DNA of 64,000 bases, taken from contig JBEKYR010000002.1 of the NCBI GenBank assembly GCA_049510745.1, forward strand, positions 128,001 to 192,000, written 5' to 3'. The notes below the pieces were generated by a model. The model was not told the origin of the DNA. It was given only the letters and a program-made list of their open reading frames with translations, and did no database searches. This DNA comes from Verrucomicrobiota bacterium. GTDB lineage: Bacteria > Verrucomicrobiota > Verrucomicrobiia > Limisphaerales > Palsa-1400. Every line of letters starts with the position of its first letter. The first letter of the stretch is position 1. Below, piece by piece: positions 49,001 to 59,761 of the stretch. Position numbers and translations under genes: made by a program.

Positions 49001-49694
49001 GGCGGACGCGCTGGTCAGCAAATCGGTCTGGATTGTGGGCGGCGACGGCTGGGCCTATGACATCGGTTTCGGCGGCCTGGACCATGTCATCGCCATGAAC
49101 GCGAAGGTCAACATTCTTGTGCTTGACACTGAGGTTTATTCCAACACCGGCGGGCAACAGTCCAAGGCGACGCCCCGGGGGGCGGCCGCCCGGTTCGCCG
49201 TTTCCGGCAAACGCATGGGCCGCAAGGACCTTGGGCTGATGGCCATGACTTACGGCACGGCCTACGTGGCCCAGATCGCGCTCGGCTCGAAGGACTCGCA
49301 AACGGTGAAAGCCTTCGAGGAAGCCGAGTCGTATCCCGGCACCTCGCTCATCATCGCCTACAGTCCGTGCATCGAGCATGGATACGCGCTTGGGCTGAGC
49401 CTGGAGCAGCAGAAACTGGCGGTCGATACCGGCTTCTGGCCGCTCTACCGGTTCGATCCGCGGCGCCTGGCGGCGGGCCAGCCGGGATTGAAACTGGATT
49501 CCGCGGCGCCCAAGATTCCGCTGGAAAAATTCTGGGCGACGGAACGCCGTTTCCAAGCCATCGCCAGCCAGGACCCGGCGCAGAGCAAAGCGATACTTGA
49601 CGCAGCGCAGGACGAGGTCCTGGGCCGGTTCGCCCTTTACGAAAGGATGTCCACCCAGCCGGTGGCGCCGGCCAAGCTTGTGCAGGCGAAGTGA
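46080..49694 (+). CDS. nifJ: Pyruvate:ferredoxin/flavodoxin oxidoreductase (single-chain, NifJ type)
   Basis: DGNEA, YPITP, FFDGFRTSHE, CIQCNKCVLVCP, CTGCTLCVAVCP, GACSGCGE, GGDGWAYDIG; ATGA overlap with nuoN. Confidence 0.96.
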   Translation: MNASPKIQSPPAAPFVTLDGNEAAASVAYRLTETIAIYPITPSSPMAEWCDQWSAAGRPNLYGTVPRLVEMQSEAGAAGALHGMVQVGSLSTTFTASQGLLLMIPSMYKIAGELLPFCMHVTARTLATHALSIFGDHSDVMACRQTGFALLSSGSVQEAQDLACIGHAATLESRVPFLHFFDGFRTSHEVAKIRLLTDDQLRQMMDQYDLCLQAFRHHGLSPDRPCIRGTAQNPDVFFQAREACNPFYDRTPGIVQEAMNRFAGITGRQYRLFDYAGHPQAECVLVIMGSGGETAQQTAEWLHQGGEKTGVLRVRLYRPFSIEAFVGALPPTTRRLAVLDRTKEPGAVGEPLYVDTVAALREACDRGLASFDAEPAVVGGRYGLSSKEFTPAMVKSIFDELRQKRAPKNHFTTGIVDDVTHTSLPFDAEFDIEPPEVVRAVFFGLGADGTIGANKNSIKIIGEETDLHAQGYFVYDSKKAGAVTISHLRFGPHPIHSPYLLKEADFVACHQWPFLDRYNVLDYAKEGATLLLNSPHGPESVWNHFSVEIQREIIAKKLKCYVIDAYPVAKAAGMGGRINTIMQTCFFAISNVLSRAEAIEQIKKAIRKTYARKGEAVVAQNFAAVDQTLAALHEVVIPEAVSAERHQAPMVPAEAPDFVRRITALMLANKGDLLPVSAFPVDGTWPSGTTRWEKRAIALEIPEWDPAICIQCNKCVLVCPHAAIRAKFYPAGLAANAPAHFKSTAFRSQEWKDSKYTLQVAPEDCTGCTLCVAVCPVKSKTDPKQRAINMRPMPPLRDQEVVNYEFFLKLPSPDRARLALDVKGTQFREPLFEYSGACSGCGETPYLKLLTQMSGDRLIVANATGCSSIYGGNLPTTPYTVNSAHRGPAWSNSLFEDNAEYGFGHRVALDKQTEFARELARKLAPQLGGELVDELLGAKQDDEAQIFAQRERVCELRRRLQGLDAPEAAVLHGLADALVSKSVWIVGGDGWAYDIGFGGLDHVIAMNAKVNILVLDTEVYSNTGGQQSKATPRGAAARFAVSGKRMGRKDLGLMAMTYGTAYVAQIALGSKDSQTVKAFEEAESYPGTSLIIAYSPCIEHGYALGLSLEQQKLAVDTGFWPLYRFDPRRLAAGQPGLKLDSAAPKIPLEKFWATERRFQAIASQDPAQSKAILDAAQDEVLGRFALYERMSTQPVAPAKLVQAK

Positions 49695-49765
49695 TGCCGC
49701 GGCAATCCGCAAGGCCGCGGTCGAACGGGGGAATGACGAGTGACGAAATCCTCTGACGAAGGAAT

Positions 49766-49819
49766 TCTATCCGGCACCCCACCGCACGTCAACTTAATTG
49801 TTGAATGTATGAAGTTGAC
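49766..49819. repeat. 54-bp copy of the element end found at 54837-54890
   Basis: TCTATCCGGCaCCCCACCGCaCGTCAACTtAATTGTTGAATGTATGAAGTTGAC; 3 mismatches to the second copy. Confidence 0.85.
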
Positions 49820-50005
49820 GAACTGGCCTTATCTTCATGAACACGACGGATTTCACGGATTTCACGGATGGAAACCCCGTCGCTTCTTATCCGTGCAAAC
49901 CAAATCAATGCAGGGGGGATGCCGCCGGAATCGCCGGTGCCCGCCCGGGTTCGCTTGCAATTGGAAGGCCCCGGCGTATGCTGGCCCGGCGCACCAGCGC
50001 GCCTC

Positions 50006-50905
50006 ATGTTGAATATCAGTCATCGCCTGGCCGGGCGCGGCGGCGCCTTCGCCGCCCTCTCCGCCGCTCTCCTCATGGCCGCGCTCTTGCTCTCGGCCCA
50101 GGCGCAGTGGGGCGGAGGGCGGGGCGGACCCTATGGCCGCGCCTATATGATTCGCGACCCGCAACGGCTGCGCGAGCAGGACGAGATGCAGAAGGCGCTC
50201 AATCCGGCGTTCAAAGAGGATGTCTTCACCTTTGCCCGCCTCAAATTCCAGGCTGACCGCGGCTACCGCTTCGGCGGACGGCGCACATGGGACGACGACG
50301 CGCCGGAGGCGGACCTGAACCTCATTTACCGGCTCTACGAAGTGACCAGCTTGAAAGTGCGGCCGGGGTTGAATTTCATCGACATCACGCCCAAGGACCT
50401 GGCCAAGTATCCGTTCGTCTATCTGGCGGCGGCGGGCCGGTTGCTGCTGACGGACGACGAGGCGGCGGCCTTGCGGCATTACCTCTTGAACGGCGGGTTC
50501 TTGATGGCGGACGATTTTTGGGGCGATGATCAATGGCAGCACTTTTATGACCAGATGAAGCGGGTCTTCCCGGAGCGCGAACCGGTGGAACTGACGCTGG
50601 CGCACCCGATCTTCCACACCGTGTTCAATTTCCGCCAGCAACCCCAGATACCGAGTGTGGGGACCTTTCTGCGGGACGGCCTGCCGTACGACCCGGAATG
50701 GCCGTTCGTGGAAAAGAACCACGACCCGCACTACTACGCCATTTCCGATGACAAGCAGCGCATGATGGTGTTGATTTGCCACAACAACCACTACGGCGAC
50801 GGCTGGGAGCACGAGACGGATGACGAAACTTATTTTGACCGGTTTTCCGAGCCGATGGGGTACCCGATGCTCATCAACATCCTGGTTTATGCGACGGCGC
50901 ATTAG
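50006..50905 (+). CDS. DUF4159-like secreted protein
   Basis: Signal peptide; YPFVY, LRHYLLNGGFLMADDFWG, HPIFH, GDGWE. Confidence 0.78.
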   Translation: MLNISHRLAGRGGAFAALSAALLMAALLLSAQAQWGGGRGGPYGRAYMIRDPQRLREQDEMQKALNPAFKEDVFTFARLKFQADRGYRFGGRRTWDDDAPEADLNLIYRLYEVTSLKVRPGLNFIDITPKDLAKYPFVYLAAAGRLLLTDDEAAALRHYLLNGGFLMADDFWGDDQWQHFYDQMKRVFPEREPVELTLAHPIFHTVFNFRQQPQIPSVGTFLRDGLPYDPEWPFVEKNHDPHYYAISDDKQRMMVLICHNNHYGDGWEHETDDETYFDRFSEPMGYPMLINILVYATAH

Positions 50906-51116
50906 CCGAACCCCGGCGGGCGGCGGAATACGCGCCATTTATCGCTTGAAAATGCAGGCGGCCAAGGCACAATCCTTCCGTCCATGGAAGGCGCCGCAAA
51001 GGCGCCGGGGCGCAAAGCGCGGCCGACGAAGGGTTTTGACGCTGTTTGCCTCCGGCGATTTCTCTCGCGGGCCTATATCCGTGACAACCGGCAGACAACA
51101 ATAAAACAACACGTTA

Positions 51117-53530
<2,414 letters not shown>

Positions 53531-53571
53531 TTCAGACTTTGAACCTTGAACCTTTAACCTTAAACTAAGCT

Positions 53572-54132
53572 ATGAACCTCGACGACATTCTCCTGGAAGC
53601 GGAAGAAAAAATGACCAAGACCGAACAGGTCGTGCAGCACGAATTTGTCGGCCTGCGCACCGGCCGCGCCGCGCCGGGACTGGTGGAGAACATCATGGTG
53701 GAAGTCTATGGCTCGCACATGCGCATCCGCGAATTGGCCGGCATCACCACGCCCGAGCCGCGCGTGCTGGTCATCCAGCCCTGGGACGTGAGCACCGTGC
53801 ATCCCATCGAGAAGGGCATCCTCAAGAGCAGTCTCGGCGTGACGCCGTCCATCCAGGGAAAGATCATCCGCCTGGTCATGCCGGAATTGAGCGAGGAACG
53901 CCGCCACGAAATGGTCAAAATCGCCCACAAGATGACCGAGGACGGCCGCATCGCCATCCGCCACGTCCGCCGCGACGCCATCGAGGCGATCAAGAAGGAA
54001 ACCAAAGGCGGCGGCATCGCCAAGGACCAGGAGGACGTGGCGGAGAAGGAAGTTCAGAAACTGACCGACGAATACATCGCCAAACTGGACGGCCACCTGG
54101 CCGTCAAGGAAAAAGAAATCATGACTGTCTGA
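53572..54132 (+). CDS. frr: Ribosome recycling factor
   Basis: LRTGRA, PELSEERR, VQKLTD, KEKEIM; follows pyrH. Confidence 0.97.
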   Translation: MNLDDILLEAEEKMTKTEQVVQHEFVGLRTGRAAPGLVENIMVEVYGSHMRIRELAGITTPEPRVLVIQPWDVSTVHPIEKGILKSSLGVTPSIQGKIIRLVMPELSEERRHEMVKIAHKMTEDGRIAIRHVRRDAIEAIKKETKGGGIAKDQEDVAEKEVQKLTDEYIAKLDGHLAVKEKEIMTV

Positions 54133-54159
54133 GGCGGTGAGGTTTGGGGCGGCGGGCGG

Positions 54160-54474
54160 TCATTCCGTCCGGGTGGAGGAAGGCGGATCGAAGTGGATTA
54201 CATTTTCGCCCGGTTTGGCGTAGCTGAGGCGCTCGCGCGCCAGGCGTTCGACGGTGGTGGGATTCTGCAACGCGCGCAATTCCAGGTCCAGTTTCCGGGC
54301 CGTTTCGACTTCCTTCTCGATTTTTCTGTCCAGCGCCAGCTTGTCCTCGCGCATCCGCTGGTTTTCCTCGATGACCGGTTGGTACCAGAGGACGATCCCC
54401 AGCACGCTGGCGACGACCAACAACATCAGGACCAAGCGAAAGAGCTTGTCCCAAATGCTTTGACCCACGTTCAT
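54160..54474 (-). CDS. FtsB/DivIC-like septum formation initiator
   Basis: TM helix, coiled coil, VERLARERLSYAKPGENVIHF. Confidence 0.8.
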   Translation of the reverse strand: MNVGQSIWDKLFRLVLMLLVVASVLGIVLWYQPVIEENQRMREDKLALDRKIEKEVETARKLDLELRALQNPTTVERLARERLSYAKPGENVIHFDPPSSTRTE

Positions 54475-54690
54475 TTGCCCCCAGTGAACCACGGCGCGCG
54501 CCAAAACGGAAGATATTTCTTGTCAATATATTCAGGTCGGGTGCGGGACAAATTTCTTCGTATTGTGCCGATGAGGGGATGGAGCGTTCCCGCCGCGTAA
54601 AAACGCTCCGAGCAGGAATACTCGCGCGGAGGCGCAGCGCGGCAGCCGCAACCCAATTCTCACCAGGAATGCGATTTGGGGTCAGGAATG

Positions 54691-54778
54691 CGATTTGGGG
54701 TCAACTTCATACATTCAACATTTCGCCGATTTTGTTCAGCCGAGCCCAATTGAATGTATGAAGTTGACCCCAATGCTT
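54691..54778. repeat. 88-bp REPIN/MITE-like hairpin, copy 1
   Basis: 24-bp perfect arms TTGGGGTCAACTTCATACATTCAA (54695-54718) and its complement (54750-54773). Confidence 0.9.
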
Positions 54779-54782
54779 GCCA

Positions 54783-54827
54783 ATGATACCAGCCGCCCGC
54801 CTGCTCGGATCGCAAAGGCTTGGCCAT
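54783..54827 (-). pseudogene. N-terminal fragment of a REP-associated tyrosine transposase (RAYT/IS200-like)
   Basis: MAKPLRSEQAGGWYH resembles the MARPLRIEFPGAWYH start of this family; cut off by the hairpin. Confidence 0.6.
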
Positions 54828-54836
54828 GATCCAAAC

Positions 54837-54895
54837 TCTATCCGGCGCCCCACCGCGCGTCAACTCAATTGTTGAATGTATGAAGTTGACCCCAA
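54837..54895. repeat. Single arm of the same repeat upstream of the RAYT-like fragment
   Basis: TTGAATGTATGAAGTTGACCCCAA at 54872-54895; 54837-54890 matches 49766-49819. Confidence 0.85.
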
Positions 54896-55012
54896 TGCTT
54901 CTTTGTGACCCAATGCTTCTTTGTCAATGCTTCATTTGCGGGGAAAGAATGGGTTTGTCACGCGATCCAGGTCGTGCTTGTTTCGTCTGGCTGAAGAGGG
55001 CATGGTTCCGGC

Positions 55013-55858
55013 ATGGCAAAGCGGGCACGAGTTTCAATCGCCGCCCTATTTGTGGCGCTGTTGGCCTTGCTGGCGTGGACGTCGCTTCGCAGACCAGCTT
55101 CCGAGCCGGTCTTTGAAGGAAAGTCGCTGAGCGAATGGTTGGTTCAACTGGAGGATTCTGACAGTCATGTTGAGCGCGTTGAGGCGGCGTTAGCAGTCCG
55201 CCATATCGGAACCAACGGGATTCCAACCCTGCTGCAAATGCTGCGCGAGGAGGAGTCCCCGTTTACAACCAAATTCCTGGCCTGGCGCCGGGGCTGGTAC
55301 AACCCCTTTGTTTTGCATTTGTTCGGGGGACCGGCTGACATTTTTAAACGAGCGGAGGCGGGATTTGATGAACTCGGCCCTTCGGCCGCTTGCGCGGTTC
55401 CTGAGTTGAGCCGAATGCTGGACGAGGATCCTTCTCTGGATGGCACATCCTATGTCCCCAGTATATTGGGGAACATTGGCCCGGGAGCGAAGGCGGCCGT
55501 TCCGTCGCTTCTGCGGGCTGTGGTGCGCACAAATACTTTCGGGCACTACTATGAATTCAAGGCTCTTGGCCAGATTCATGCGGACCCGGATGCAGTCGTC
55601 CCGGTTTTGATGGGGGTGATTTCCAATGCTCCCAAGGATCGGATAGATGCCGTCGCTGCCCTTGGACAATTCCGAGGCGACGCCAAGCCAGCCGTCCCCG
55701 CGTTGGTCGCATTGCTTGACGATCCGAGTTTACAAGGAAACTCATCGGGCAAAGGGTTTATCTCCGACCGTTTCCAAGTCGAACGCGCCCTCCAGAAAAT
55801 TGATCCTGAAACTTATGTTCGGGTCGTCACCAACGCAGGACCACCTTCAACCCGGTAA
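55013..55858 (+). CDS. HEAT-repeat protein with N-terminal membrane anchor
   Basis: EPVFEGKSLSEWL; repeats LGNIGPGAKAAVPSL and LGQFRGDAKPAVPAL. Confidence 0.8.
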   Translation: MAKRARVSIAALFVALLALLAWTSLRRPASEPVFEGKSLSEWLVQLEDSDSHVERVEAALAVRHIGTNGIPTLLQMLREEESPFTTKFLAWRRGWYNPFVLHLFGGPADIFKRAEAGFDELGPSAACAVPELSRMLDEDPSLDGTSYVPSILGNIGPGAKAAVPSLLRAVVRTNTFGHYYEFKALGQIHADPDAVVPVLMGVISNAPKDRIDAVAALGQFRGDAKPAVPALVALLDDPSLQGNSSGKGFISDRFQVERALQKIDPETYVRVVTNAGPPSTR

Positions 55859-56073
55859 CCCAATGGGTGGGTATTACAGGCGCAGCTTTCGCGCCATGCT
55901 CGGACAATGCCCCCTGCCGCGCCCCCGGTCAACCCACAATGCGGCATTGCTACGGACTGACCCCTTTAACGTTCGCTGAAATCCACGGGGAAACTTAAAA
56001 ACCCGGCGGAACTATGGAAGCCCCCTGCGACAAAAGCGAACCAAAGCATGGGCGGCCCCGCTTTTTTGGGCAA

Positions 56074-56161
56074 CGATTTGGGGTCAACTTCATACATTCA
56101 ACATTTCGCCGATTTTGTTCAGCCCAGCCCAATTGAATGTATGAAGTTGACCCCAATGCTT
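56074..56161. repeat. 88-bp REPIN/MITE-like hairpin, copy 2
   Basis: Direct repeat of 54691-54778 with one mismatch in the loop. Confidence 0.9.
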
Positions 56162-56559
56162 CCCGAGTTTTACTGCCGGGCAACGCAGTCTTTGCGTCGA
56201 GATTTCTTACAGTTTGAGCAGGTGTTCATCTAACTATTTGATTGCCAGTATGTTACGATGCTTTTCGGGCGATATGCAGCCTTATTTTGTCGAAATGGTT
56301 AACACTATCATTGCGTATATACTATAGTTTAGTATTACTAATAATAATATCCAATTTGTTAAGGCTTACTTCTCAGGCATTTATGACTTTTCGTCCTATG
56401 GCTGGATTTCGCAGATCAAGCGGAATATGTTATGCTTATTTACAGTTAGGCGGGGTTATTGCATTTCGCCAGAGACCTAAAGAATGACCCGGGGGATACA
56501 AACGAGATTGGCTAAAATATGATCTCGAAAACGAATAAATGGAAAGGCAGGTAAATAAT

Positions 56560-57204
56560 ATGAATTACAAATCAAGAATCTTTTCAGCGGCCGTTGCTGG
56601 TCTGGCACTATTGATCGTCCAGCAAGCAAGAGCGCAGGCTATTTACGCGGGTCCGGGGTCCGACGTTACTGGTGGAGGCTGGAGCGAAGAACCCAACGGG
56701 CTCGCTGGGACCGAGTTCACCGCGAATGTGAGTTTTAACGTTACTGAATTGGGTGTAGCTCAATTCCCCGCATACAACCCCACCCCCGGCTACTTCGAAG
56801 GAAACACCGAGAGCCATGTAGTAACCCTGTTTACGGCCGGTGGCGTGCAGCTTGCCCAGGCAAACGTCCCTTTTGGGTCTCCTGATGCCAATGGGTATGA
56901 CTGGGCACAACTGGCAACTGGCGTCGAGTTAACAGCCGGGCAGACCTACATCCTGGGAGCAGCTTACCAAGATGACCACGATTGGTTCTATGATACAGCA
57001 ACAATCAACTCCGATTTTACGCTTGTTTCGGCTGTTGAGGGCAACGTCGATGGAACAGGCCTCTACACCGAAGGCATGCCTGAAGGAAACGGTTGGTTTG
57101 GGCCGAACCTCGGTGGCACCGTCCCCGATGGCGGAATGACTATGACGTTGCTGGGCATGGCCTTGGTCGGCCTCGGTTTCGTGCGGCGCCAGGTGAAGAT
57201 GTAG
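56560..57204 (+). CDS. Surface protein with VPDSG-CTERM (PEP-CTERM-like) sorting signal
   Basis: Signal peptide; C-terminal VPDGG-TM-RR tail; alternative start 56539. Confidence 0.82.
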   Translation: MNYKSRIFSAAVAGLALLIVQQARAQAIYAGPGSDVTGGGWSEEPNGLAGTEFTANVSFNVTELGVAQFPAYNPTPGYFEGNTESHVVTLFTAGGVQLAQANVPFGSPDANGYDWAQLATGVELTAGQTYILGAAYQDDHDWFYDTATINSDFTLVSAVEGNVDGTGLYTEGMPEGNGWFGPNLGGTVPDGGMTMTLLGMALVGLGFVRRQVKM

Positions 57205-57235
57205 TCCTCGCCGTTTAGTTCGATATTTTAGCCGG

Positions 57236-57265
57236 GAGCAGGCTGGTTTCCAGCCTGCTCTTTTT
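57236..57265 (+). terminator. Rho-independent terminator
   Basis: GAGCAGGCTGG-TTT-CCAGCCTGCTC followed by TTTTT. Confidence 0.8.
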
Positions 57266-57355
57266 GCTTCTCTCGCAGGCAGCATTGATCTGAGGCTCTA
57301 TGGCGGAGTCTATGGGCCAAAGTGGCCTTGCCGACGCTGGTGCCTGGCGCGTCGG

Positions 57356-57551
57356 CTAGCCCAAGTTCGTCAGGGGGCGCGAGAAAGGGCGGTTGAGTTG
57401 ATTTGCAGCGAGTTGCGCACTTTCAGCTGGCGGTTTTCGGCACTACATTTTCCAGGATTCTTGGGGTTCGCAGCACTTCCAACTGCAAATGCGCCAGCAG
57501 TTGTGCCAGCGCTTTCTCAGGCCGCGCCACCACCCGCAAACGAATCTCTCC
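57356..57551 (-). mobile_element. 3-prime remnant of an IS1634-like transposase with right end
   Basis: Minus frame reads EIRLRVVARPEKALAQLLAHLQLEVLRTPRILENVVPKTAS*, followed by GACGAACTTGGGCTAG. Confidence 0.55.
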
Positions 57552-57979
57552 GGGCGGCATCCATTCCGGCCTCCCTGACGTTGATTGGCATCGGCATCAA
57601 GACGCATGCCACGAGAAAGAGAAAGGGGCCTAGCATGTCAACATTTTGTTTGTCTGTGTTCATAGAGTCTCCGATTGACGGATTTCCAGGACCCCATCTC
57701 CAGCCGGTCGCAGACCCATTTGAGCGGGATTGTCACGCCACAAATCCGCCCGCTTCATTCCCGCCTTTCCCCACACCCCCGGCGCGGTCGATAAAAGCCG
57801 CTGACGAAAGCTGTCAAGAGCTTGGATCAATTCTTTGAATGCGGAAGAGATTGTAGGGGTTTCCTCTGAGTTGGCACTCAGGAAATATGCGCCAGAATCA
57901 TTAGCGAGGTGCTTGGGGACTCACCCGACAGGTCGGACAGTGTCGAACGAAAGATTCCCCCGGCGGCTGGGAGGTCAGT

Positions 57980-58004
57980 GGACGCGGGGCACCGCGTCCC
58001 TACC
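57980..58004 (-). repeat. GTAG-type REP-like palindrome
   Basis: Minus strand GGTAGGGACGCGG-TGCC-CCGCGTCC, overlapping the stop codon of the beta-propeller gene. Confidence 0.5.
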
Positions 58005-59535
58005 GAATAGGGGTTCGGCCGGCGGGGCGAAGGTCGAAGCAGGCCATTTGCACGGCGTTGCGAATGAAAATCCTGCCGCCGGCCAGGGCGGGATGGTTCC
58101 AGGTTTTTCCTTCAATGGCTTGAAAGCGGGCCAGTTCCTCGTAGCGGTCGGGATTGGCTCTGACCAAGGCCAATTCGCCGCTGCCGCTCAGAATAATCAA
58201 ATTGCCGCCCGCCAATAGAACCTGGCCGTATCCGTAACGGCCATCCTTCCATTTTCGTTCGCCGGTTTGCGCGTCGAGGCAAACCAGGATGTCTTCGTCC
58301 AGCCCGAAAACGCACCCCTGCCAAAAGACCGAGCTGGTGAATTTGTTTTTCAACGATGTGTTTTGCCAGAGGGACCGCGCGGCGAAACCACCGTCATTCT
58401 TGGAAATTTCGACGGCCCGACAGCCGGTGCCATAGCCGGCGGACAAGAGAAAGCGATTGGGTCCCAAGATGACGGGTTGGGCGTTGTTGCGATTGCCCTG
58501 GTTGACTTTCCAAGGGGTGCTCCAGAGCAACGCGCCGTCGGCGGGTTGCAGCCCGACGGCGCGCCCGGCGGTCACGATCAATAACTGCTCCTGTCCCGCC
58601 AGTTGGACGAGCATGGGAGAGGAATAGGCCGCGGGATCATCCAACACTTTCCAGAGCGGTTTGCCGGTCAGCTTGTCATAGGCGGCGACCGATTGGCCGC
58701 GCCGCCCGCCCGCTTGCACGATCAGCTTGTCCCCCACGACCAGCGGAGAGGAGGCCATGCCGTAAGTCAACAGGTCGGCAACATTGTCGGCGAGGATGTT
58801 CAGTTTCCAAACGGCCTGGCCGGTGGCGGCGTCCAGGCAGAGCAAATCGCCCAGCGCGCCCAGCGAATAGACTTTGCCCTCGCTGTAAGCGGGCGTGGCG
58901 CGCGGCCCTTCGCCGCCCAGCGCTTCGTTAAAGAAGGCGGGATAGGAGCAGGCCCAAAGTTCCCGGCCGGTGGCGGCATCGTAGGCGGTGACGGCTTCCT
59001 GCTGGCGCCGTTGCTCGATGGTGAAGGCGCGTCCGCCCGCGATGGCAAAGGAAGCGTAGCCGCCGCCGATGGGCTGTTTCCACAGGGGACGCAAGCCGTC
59101 GGCGGGCCAGTTGGTGGCGATGGGTTGTTCGTCGTAGCGGCCGTCGCGATTCGGTCCGCGAAAGCCGGGCCAATCTTCGGCGGCGATGAGCGGCGCGGCT
59201 GGAGGAGGCGTTTGGGGGAGGGCGCGGCGGCTGGTTTCGACAGCGGCGTAATTGGGATGCGTTTTGTGCCAAGTCAGCACCGGCGGGAAACCGCCGCGCC
59301 ACTCGATTTCCAACCCCGTGAACCGCATCAGCAGCGCGATGACCGCGGCGACGTAGAGCAGGGAATAAAGCGGAACGAAGATCGTGCCAAGGATTTTGCG
59401 GCCCAAACCGATCGCGCGGGCGCGCCACAGGAGGAGCAAACCCAACGGCGGGCAGAGAAGCGTGACGAGGCGAACGGTGCCCATCGGCGATGCGCGGCCG
59501 TCGCCGTGATTTGAGGCTGGGTGGTTCGACTCCAT
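58000..59535 (-). CDS. PQQ-like beta-propeller repeat protein (BamB-like)
   Basis: DWPGFRGPNRDG, GPRATP, CLDAATG..W, YSSP, KTWNHP; start uncertain. Confidence 0.85.
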   Translation of the reverse strand: MESNHPASNHGDGRASPMGTVRLVTLLCPPLGLLLLWRARAIGLGRKILGTIFVPLYSLLYVAAVIALLMRFTGLEIEWRGGFPPVLTWHKTHPNYAAVETSRRALPQTPPPAAPLIAAEDWPGFRGPNRDGRYDEQPIATNWPADGLRPLWKQPIGGGYASFAIAGGRAFTIEQRRQQEAVTAYDAATGRELWACSYPAFFNEALGGEGPRATPAYSEGKVYSLGALGDLLCLDAATGQAVWKLNILADNVADLLTYGMASSPLVVGDKLIVQAGGRRGQSVAAYDKLTGKPLWKVLDDPAAYSSPMLVQLAGQEQLLIVTAGRAVGLQPADGALLWSTPWKVNQGNRNNAQPVILGPNRFLLSAGYGTGCRAVEISKNDGGFAARSLWQNTSLKNKFTSSVFWQGCVFGLDEDILVCLDAQTGERKWKDGRYGYGQVLLAGGNLIILSGSGELALVRANPDRYEELARFQAIEGKTWNHPALAGGRIFIRNAVQMACFDLRPAGRTPIR

Positions 59536-59761
59536 GGGCGGAATGGACGGCATGGGTGAATTTAATTCGCCCGCCCTGTGTGACAATCCAAAAATTCTCA
59601 ACAGGATTGCCAACACCGGGATGCGCCCGCAACAGGAAGCTCCGGGAAATTGTCCTTGCCGCCGGGTTTTCGGCTTCTGTAAATTGCGTGTTGCTTCGGC
59701 AAAATTCGAACACGCCCGACGAGACGCCGCCGGTGGAGTCGCGTCGCGTGGCGTCGAAACA

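Noticed and set aside
55850..55980. Integron attC site after the HEAT gene
   Set aside because: AAC/GTT-like ends exist but do not fit RYYYAAC/GTTRRRY or pair convincingly; no integrase
54691..56161. CRISPR-like repeats
   Set aside because: Only two full copies 1.3 kb apart, each an internal inverted repeat
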